Assembly: GCA_038150265.1 (NCBI GenBank)
Contig: JAYOTF010000001.1
Location: forward strand, 98,092-162,091
Direction: 5' to 3'
Source of the DNA: Deltaproteobacteria bacterium
GTDB taxonomy: Bacteria > SAR324 > NAC60-12
Length of the DNA stretch: 64,000 nucleotides
The notes beneath the pieces are model-generated. The model had not been told where the DNA came from. It searched no databases and was given only the letters and a program-made list of their open reading frames with translations. Both the position numbers and the translations under genes were made by a program. Positions within the stretch are counted from its first letter, which is position 1. Every line of letters starts with the position of its first letter. Positions 58,298 through 64,000 of the stretch are shown here, piece after piece.

Positions 58298-59614
58298 CTA
58301 CTGCTTGGGCAGGCGCAGGTCAATGAGGTGGGTGGAGCACGAGATGCAGGGGTCGTACGCCCGGGCCAGCCGCTCCAGGTTGGCCTTGAGCAGTGTCTCT
58401 CCGCCTTCCCGGTCGTGCTCGAGCCAGTGCTGCACCGTCTGGCGAATGTCAGCCTCAATCTGGGCAAGGTTCTGTGCAGTGGGCGTGACAATATCTGCAT
58501 CAATCACCACCCCGCCCGTGTTGAGGGTGTAGCTGTGGAAGAGCGTCCCCCGAGGCACCTCCATGGCTGCAGTTCCCGTTCGGTCTTCCTTTGGCAGCGA
58601 AATGGAAACGGGCGGAGGGGGTTCCGGAAGGCTTCCCAGCTCCTGGCACAGCTCAATGGCCTGCTCACAGCAGTGAACCAGTTCAATGAACTGTCCGGCG
58701 TTGTTCAGCAACGGATTGGGCGGAACCTGCGCCCCGAAGAGTCGGTCGGCCACGCGAGCGGCTTCCCCCTTGAGCTGATCCCGGTGATGCGTCAGGCGCG
58801 CCAGGGATCCGACCATGAAGGGCTGATCGGAGTAGAGCGACTGCTTGGCCGTGGAGTGCTTGACCACGCTCTCATTCACAAACTTCCGGAACTCCGCAAC
58901 AGGAACGGCTTCTGAAGCACTGGCGTGGATGGTGCGGCCAATGCCGAGTCCCAGGTCGTTGCGTTCCGGAGCCAGTGCCACAAAGGTCCGGTCTGACTGA
59001 GCGAAGTTCGGGTTTTCCAAAGAGGCCACCAGTGGCTCCATGCTTTCAAGAATCCGCAGGCACGCCTCGGCTTCCTTGCGGATTTCGTCAAAGACCTTCT
59101 TTGCCGGCCAGGTGCCGACTCCGCCCACCAGCATGTTGACCGGATGGATGGCCCGTCCGCCAATGCGTTCCTGAATCAGGTTCCCAAATTTCTTCAGCCG
59201 GAGGGCTCCCTTGACTTCGTTGCCGTGCTGCTGCTGCATGTCCAGCACACTGGGCAGGCCGAGGTAGTCGGGAACTGCCAGCATGAAGAAGTGCAGGGCA
59301 TGAGACTCGATCATCTCGCCATGGTTGAGGAGGTCCCGCAACCGCAGAACCGGCTCCGGAACCTCAATCTGGAGGGCGTCTTCCAGGGCCGTGATGGAGC
59401 AGAGTGCGTGCGCCGCCGAGCAGATGGCACAAACGCGGCAGACGATTCCCGGAACCTCGCGGTAAGGGTGCCCCCGCAGGAGCGCCTCGTAGAAGCGAGA
59501 GCCTTCGAAGATGCCCATCTGACAGGAAACCTGGTCCTGCTCATCCAATGTGACCTGAATGCCCCCATGCCCTTCGACGCGATAGAGGTGGGGAATTTCA
59601 ATAACCTGTCCCAT
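58298..59614 (-). CDS. [NiFe] hydrogenase large (alpha) subunit, group 3 (sulfhydrogenase/NAD(P)-coupled type)
   Basis: N-terminal YRVEGHGGIQV, the L1 motif RVCAICSAAH and the C-terminal DPCISCSTH motif followed by a 9-aa extension (LIDLRLPKQ) of the kind removed by the maturation endopeptidase. Confidence 0.85.
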   Translation of the reverse strand: MGQVIEIPHLYRVEGHGGIQVTLDEQDQVSCQMGIFEGSRFYEALLRGHPYREVPGIVCRVCAICSAAHALCSITALEDALQIEVPEPVLRLRDLLNHGEMIESHALHFFMLAVPDYLGLPSVLDMQQQHGNEVKGALRLKKFGNLIQERIGGRAIHPVNMLVGGVGTWPAKKVFDEIRKEAEACLRILESMEPLVASLENPNFAQSDRTFVALAPERNDLGLGIGRTIHASASEAVPVAEFRKFVNESVVKHSTAKQSLYSDQPFMVGSLARLTHHRDQLKGEAARVADRLFGAQVPPNPLLNNAGQFIELVHCCEQAIELCQELGSLPEPPPPVSISLPKEDRTGTAAMEVPRGTLFHSYTLNTGGVVIDADIVTPTAQNLAQIEADIRQTVQHWLEHDREGGETLLKANLERLARAYDPCISCSTHLIDLRLPKQ

Positions 59615-59616
59615 GC

Positions 59617-60447
59617 TTATGCTGACTCGGAAGAAGAAATGCGTTGACGTCCACGGCGCTCTGGATCTTCGGCCCATTCACGTCGCAGGTGGTGATTGAC
59701 CCAGGCAGGTGCCGAGTACCGTTGGATCTGCTCAATGACATCGGCCTTGGACAGCCCATGCTCGCTGAACAGCTGGGCGGTGGCATCGTAGTGCGGCTCA
59801 TCAACCGGTCCCCGGCATCCGTAGCACGGCACTCCCAGGCTGGGACAACGTGCCTTGCAGCCTCCGGCGCTGATGGGGCCACAGCAGACAATGCCCCGGG
59901 TCTTGACCAGGCAGAGGTTTTCGGCGATGCGGCACTCGGAGCAAACCGAGTAGTCGTGCCGCTCCGGAGTGGTTCGTTGCAAAATGGCAATCAGGGTCCG
60001 GAGGAACTCTTCCTTCTCAATGGGACACCCGGGCACCGCAAAGTCGACGGGGACAAAGTCACTGACCGGGTGGGCCTGATCCAGGTTGACCTCGTCGAGA
60101 TCCTTGCCCTGATAGACCAGCTTGTGAAGCAGCTCCAGCGGTAGCTCGTTCCGCATCGCCGGAATGCCTCCCCAAACGGCACAGGTCCCGATGGCCAGCA
60201 GGTTTTCCGCATGCGAGCGGACGTTGAGCAGCAGGTCGAGGTCGCGTTGGGTGCAGACCGATCCTTCCACAATGGCGAGGTCCAGGCGCTCCTCCAGGCC
60301 TTCTGCCGAAGATGCCATGCCGAACTTGATGATCTCGATCCGGCTGGCAAGCTCCACCAACTCATCCTCGCAGTTGAGGATAACGAGCTGGTCACCTGCA
60401 CAACCCGTCAAGCCAAAGATGCCCACACGGGGTTTGATTCGTTTCAT
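59617..60447 (-). CDS. [NiFe] hydrogenase small (delta) subunit
   Basis: MKRIKPRVGIFGLTGCAGDQLVILNC shows the proximal-cluster Cys pattern. Length 276 aa. Confidence 0.85.
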   Translation of the reverse strand: MKRIKPRVGIFGLTGCAGDQLVILNCEDELVELASRIEIIKFGMASSAEGLEERLDLAIVEGSVCTQRDLDLLLNVRSHAENLLAIGTCAVWGGIPAMRNELPLELLHKLVYQGKDLDEVNLDQAHPVSDFVPVDFAVPGCPIEKEEFLRTLIAILQRTTPERHDYSVCSECRIAENLCLVKTRGIVCCGPISAGGCKARCPSLGVPCYGCRGPVDEPHYDATAQLFSEHGLSKADVIEQIQRYSAPAWVNHHLRREWAEDPERRGRQRISSSESA

Positions 60448-61346
60448 CGCCAGCCTCCGAGGTAGGGGTCGTCAGTGCCAGAAGGAGGCTGCCAGGCTTC
60501 CCTCAGCCCTCGTGCTTCCCACACGGAGAAGACGGGGCCATCGGTACAGGTGTACCGGTAGCCGATGGCGCAGTGGCCACACTTGCCAATCGCACACTCC
60601 ATGCGCCGCTCCAGACTGACGTAAATGTGTTCCGGAAAGACTTCCATCTCCCGGAGCCGATCGGTCACGTATCCATACATCACAGGCGGTCCGCAGATCG
60701 CAAACCGGGTCCTGGTTCGCTCCAGGGGCAGGTCGGCCAGGAGGTCCAGCAGGTTGCCCTGAATGAGCGGAAGCCCTGCTGCTGATTCGTCTCGGGCCGG
60801 AAGCCGGTCGCACGCCAGGTGCACCTGAACGCCACCAGACTGGTTGATCTGCTTGAGGACTTCCGGATAGAGCAGTTGTCCAACGGCTCGGGTGCCATAG
60901 AGGAGGTGGACCTCTTCGCCGAAGCGCTCTCGGTGGAGGTTCGCATACTCCAGCAACGAACGCAGCGGCGCCATGCCGAGCCCGCCGGCCATCATCACCA
61001 GGCTGTTGCCATGCAGGTCATCCAGTGGGAAGCCCCGTCCATAGGGTCCCCGGAGTCCAACACGCGCCCCCGGAGTGAGGTCAAACAGCGCTCGGGTGAC
61101 CCGTCCAACGCGACGGATGGTCAGGTGCAGCTCGCGTTCTTCCGCCGGAACCGCTGAGGAAACCGGGGCGTGGCAGATGGAAATGGGCACCTCGCCCACC
61201 CCAATGACCGACAGCATGACAAATTGCCCCGGGCGGTGGTTCGAGCCGTCAGGCCCAGTTTCTCCGGGCTTGAGGCGAAACCGAAACATCATGTGGTCCG
61301 GAAGCAGCTCTTCCTTGCCAACCAGCCAGGCCGTGCTCGGGAGCAT
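60444..61346 (-). CDS. Hydrogenase gamma subunit (FAD/NAD(P)-binding oxidoreductase with C-terminal 2Fe-2S)
   Basis: FNR-like fold (PGQFVMLS...GGLGMAP), plus the C-terminal CAIGKCGHCAIGYRYTCTDGPVF cluster. Start is uncertain (61346 chosen, longest ORF reaches 61562) and overlaps the end of the beta subunit gene. Confidence 0.7.
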   Translation of the reverse strand: MLPSTAWLVGKEELLPDHMMFRFRLKPGETGPDGSNHRPGQFVMLSVIGVGEVPISICHAPVSSAVPAEERELHLTIRRVGRVTRALFDLTPGARVGLRGPYGRGFPLDDLHGNSLVMMAGGLGMAPLRSLLEYANLHRERFGEEVHLLYGTRAVGQLLYPEVLKQINQSGGVQVHLACDRLPARDESAAGLPLIQGNLLDLLADLPLERTRTRFAICGPPVMYGYVTDRLREMEVFPEHIYVSLERRMECAIGKCGHCAIGYRYTCTDGPVFSVWEARGLREAWQPPSGTDDPYLGGWR

Positions 61347-61398
61347 GGGGTCTCGCGCCGGTAACCGCTTCAGGGAGGGGGAGACGGGTGAGGAGAGT

Positions 61399-62457
61399 TC
61401 AGCGTTCACAGCTTCCACGGACTTTCGCAAAGACTTGGGTGATGTCAATTCCAGCGGTGCAGGCATCCACGCAGCGTCCGCAGCCCGTACAGGACGGCAT
61501 GCCAAACTGCTCCACGAAGCCTTGCTCCTTGTGATAGTAACGGTTGCTGACCCGGGCCGCACGGTCCGGACGCATCAGCTCATCTCCTGCAATCCGGGTG
61601 AAGTCCCGGAACAGGCAGGAGTCCCAGCGCCGGACCCGCTCGCCCTGCTCTCCGGAAAGATCCGTCCGGTCAAAGACCGTGAAGCAGGTGCAGGTGGGGC
61701 AGACCATGCTGCAGGCTCCGCAGGCAAAGCACGAATCGCCCAACTCCTTCCAGGCCGGGCTGTCTTCTTCAAAGCGCAGCAATTGGGGCAGGTCGCTGAT
61801 GGGCAAGACGCGGTTGAAGGAGTTGCGCCGGACTTCGAGCTTCTTTTGGTGCTCCACGATCTGGTCCCGCTGGATGTGTGAGAACAGCGCTCGGTCCAGG
61901 TGCACCAGCGAGTGTCCGGCAGGAGTCCGGACCATGGTCACGAATCCGGCCTCGATTTCCCAGAGGAAGAGGTCGTAGACATCTTCAATGTGATCGGTTC
62001 CGGTGCTCGGACAGAAGCACTTGTCATCCGGCATGCAGCCCAGCCCAATGATCCGGGCTCCTTCGCGACGGCGCTCGTAGTGATAATCACCATAGCCGTC
62101 GGTGAAGAACTTGTCGGTGACCCGGAGCCCATGCAGCTCACACGGGTGGGGCCCAAACAGAATGGGCGGCTCCTCATCCAGAGGAGCTTCCTGGTAACCG
62201 TCCTGTTCCGAGTAAGTCGAGAGGACCTCTTCTGCCGGAAAGAAGTACTTCTTCAGCGGAAGGGCCGTCCGGAGAAACTCCAGGGCCACCTCTTCTGGAC
62301 CCGGGAGGTCGGCATACTCGACGTACCGGTACTGGCCTGCTCCCGACGCAGCCGGAACCACGAGGCGTCCATGCGCATGCAGCGCCTCCAGAAAGGCAGG
62401 CAGGTTGGTTTTGGGGAGAAAAAGGATTTCCATTGGCATCAATTCGATGGTTAACAC
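61399..62457 (-). CDS. Hydrogenase beta subunit (4Fe-4S ferredoxin-type)
   Basis: CFACGACSMVCPTCTCF and CTGCGRCVDACTAGIDIT iron-sulfur motifs. Confidence 0.8.
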   Translation of the reverse strand: MLTIELMPMEILFLPKTNLPAFLEALHAHGRLVVPAASGAGQYRYVEYADLPGPEEVALEFLRTALPLKKYFFPAEEVLSTYSEQDGYQEAPLDEEPPILFGPHPCELHGLRVTDKFFTDGYGDYHYERRREGARIIGLGCMPDDKCFCPSTGTDHIEDVYDLFLWEIEAGFVTMVRTPAGHSLVHLDRALFSHIQRDQIVEHQKKLEVRRNSFNRVLPISDLPQLLRFEEDSPAWKELGDSCFACGACSMVCPTCTCFTVFDRTDLSGEQGERVRRWDSCLFRDFTRIAGDELMRPDRAARVSNRYYHKEQGFVEQFGMPSCTGCGRCVDACTAGIDITQVFAKVRGSCER

Positions 62458-62620
62458 TCACAGAGGTCACCATACCGGACTGAAACCCCCGGCAACAATC
62501 GGTAGTTTCCCTAGGTATGTTTGCGGGTACTCTAATCGCTTTGGAGCGCTATGATCAAGGCAAGTGCACCGTTCTTGTTCAAAAAGCAATTAAACCGCTC
62601 ACTCGATGGAAGGGGGTTCT

Positions 62621-64000
62621 ATGGAAAAGCAAGTCTGGCTGTTTACAGAAGGACGTCGAGACGATCGCCTGCTACTCGGAAACAAGGGGGCAAACCTTTG
62701 TGAGATGACCTCAATCGGGCTCCCCGTTCCCTTCGGATTCATCCTCACCACCCGAGTCTGTGCGGACTATGCTCGTCTTGGACGCCTGCCTGATGGGGTC
62801 ATGGACGAAGTCTGGGAATCCATGCGAGAGGTGGAGCAACGGCATCACGCCCGCTTTGGAGATGCCTCCTCTCCGCTCCTGGTCTCGGTCCGCTCCGGAG
62901 CCCCTGTTTCCATGCCCGGGATGATGGACACCGTCTTGAACCTGGGCCTCAACGAAACCACGGCCAAGCTCTGGGCCGAAACCTCCGGAAACCCTCGCTT
63001 CGTGTATGACGCCTACCGGCGCTTCATCCAGATGTATGGCGACGTGGTGGAAGGCATGGGCGCCGAGCCCTTTGAAGAAGTGCTGGACGCCTACAAGACG
63101 GAACGGGGGTACAGGAGCGACCTTGAGCTCAGCGCAGATGACCTCCAGGCCATTGCGGCTCGGTACCGGGAAATCCTCACCCCTCCCGACGATCCCCGCG
63201 AACAGCTGGAGCGTTCCATTGAGGCCGTCTTCCGTTCCTGGAACAACAACCGCGCCAAGCGGTACCGGCGCATCCATGACATTCCGGAAAGCCTCGGAAC
63301 CGGCGTAATCGTGCAGGCAATGGTTTATGGAAACCGGAGCCTCAACTCGGGAACCGGCGTGGCCTTCACCCGGAACCCTGCCACCGGAGAACGCCTGTTT
63401 TATGGCGAGTACCTCATGAATGCCGAAGGTGAAGACGTGGTTGCCGGCATCCGGACTCCAGAGCCGCTCGAGACCCTCAAGCGCGACCTCCCCAACCTCT
63501 ACGCCGAACTCTTCCGGATGCAGCAGACCCTGGAAATGCATTACCGGGACATGCAGGACCTCGAGTTTACCATTGAAGAAGGCAAGCTGTGGATGCTGCA
63601 AACCCGGACCGGAAAGCGGACCCCCAAGGCCGCCGTCAAGATTGCAGTCGACATGGTGGAAGAAGGGCTCATCAAGGAACGCGAGGCCCTCAAGCGCATT
63701 GATCCGGACCAGATGGACTACTTCCTTCACCCCATGATTGATCCGAACGCTGAGCGCACCATCCTGGCCAAGGGCCTTCCGGCGAGTCCGGGAGCCGCAA
63801 CCGGGCGGGTCGTCTTTTCGGCAGATGATGCAGAAGCCTGGGCCAACCGCGGAGAGGAAGTGATCCTGGTCCGTCGGGAAACCACTCCGGAAGACATCCA
63901 TGGCATGAAGGCCGCCCGGGGCCTCCTGACGGCGCTCGGAGGCATGACCTCGCATGCTGCAGTGGTCGCCCGGGGCATGGGAAAGTGCTGCATTGCCGGA
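62621..64000 (+). CDS. ppdK: Pyruvate, phosphate dikinase (N-terminal 460 aa; continues beyond the window)
   Basis: From the ATG at 62621: MEKQVWLFTEGRRDDRLLLGNKGANLCEMTSIGLPVPFGFILTTRVC. The reading frame runs open to the window end, through the phospho-His domain (GGMTSHAAVVARGMGK). Confidence 0.9.
   Translation, partial: MEKQVWLFTEGRRDDRLLLGNKGANLCEMTSIGLPVPFGFILTTRVCADYARLGRLPDGVMDEVWESMREVEQRHHARFGDASSPLLVSVRSGAPVSMPGMMDTVLNLGLNETTAKLWAETSGNPRFVYDAYRRFIQMYGDVVEGMGAEPFEEVLDAYKTERGYRSDLELSADDLQAIAARYREILTPPDDPREQLERSIEAVFRSWNNNRAKRYRRIHDIPESLGTGVIVQAMVYGNRSLNSGTGVAFTRNPATGERLFYGEYLMNAEGEDVVAGIRTPEPLETLKRDLPNLYAELFRMQQTLEMHYRDMQDLEFTIEEGKLWMLQTRTGKRTPKAAVKIAVDMVEEGLIKEREALKRIDPDQMDYFLHPMIDPNAERTILAKGLPASPGAATGRVVFSADDAEAWANRGEEVILVRRETTPEDIHGMKAARGLLTALGGMTSHAAVVARGMGKCCIAG

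Noticed and set aside
62711-63955. 414-aa minus-strand ORF
   Set aside because: It is antisense to ppdK, whose plus-strand frame matches PPDK residue for residue from its ATG.

Overview
This is a high-GC (~60%) segment of a Gram-negative bacterial chromosome (LPS genes kdsA and hldE, rodZ, a GspF/PilC-family protein, outer-membrane beta-barrels). It is densely packed with core genes on both strands. The window spans the replication-origin gene cluster dnaN-recF-gyrB-der, which is preceded by an AT-rich (~40% GC) stretch carrying repeated DnaA-box-like motifs and lacks an adjacent dnaA. Other recognisable genes include a two-component pair (CheY-like regulator plus PAS histidine kinase), cca, smpB, dprA, ribF, glyA, pheA, rpmB, mazG, kdsA, psuG, azlCD, glnE, recN, a short ParC-like topoisomerase subunit, serA, xth, hisB, hisH, ndk, engB, malQ, a four-gene group-3b [NiFe] hydrogenase operon (beta-gamma-delta-alpha) and the 5' part of ppdK. 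No transposase, integrase, CRISPR array, tRNA or rRNA was recognised. The main unusual signals are: (1) dnaN is interrupted by two in-frame TAA codons 33 nt apart, both at conserved Gln positions and both in the hexamer TGTAAG; (2) a candidate oriC with DnaA boxes sits directly upstream of dnaN, next to a PPTase gene instead of dnaA; (3) a lower-GC island of small genes lies between serA and xth (35.2-37.5 kb). That island holds a perfect TTGACA-N17-TATAAA promoter, a ribbon-helix-helix protein, an orphan FliN/SpoA-domain protein and other small ORFs. (4) Several orphan or degenerate domain proteins occur: a LigA-domain-Ia-like mini-protein, a U32-like protein lacking the signature cysteines, and a histidine-kinase-like pseudo-ATPase. 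Unless the evidence notes otherwise, CDS starts follow the longest ORF in the track, whose leading 'M' is a GTG (not ATG) in at least three of them, so starts are less certain than stops.
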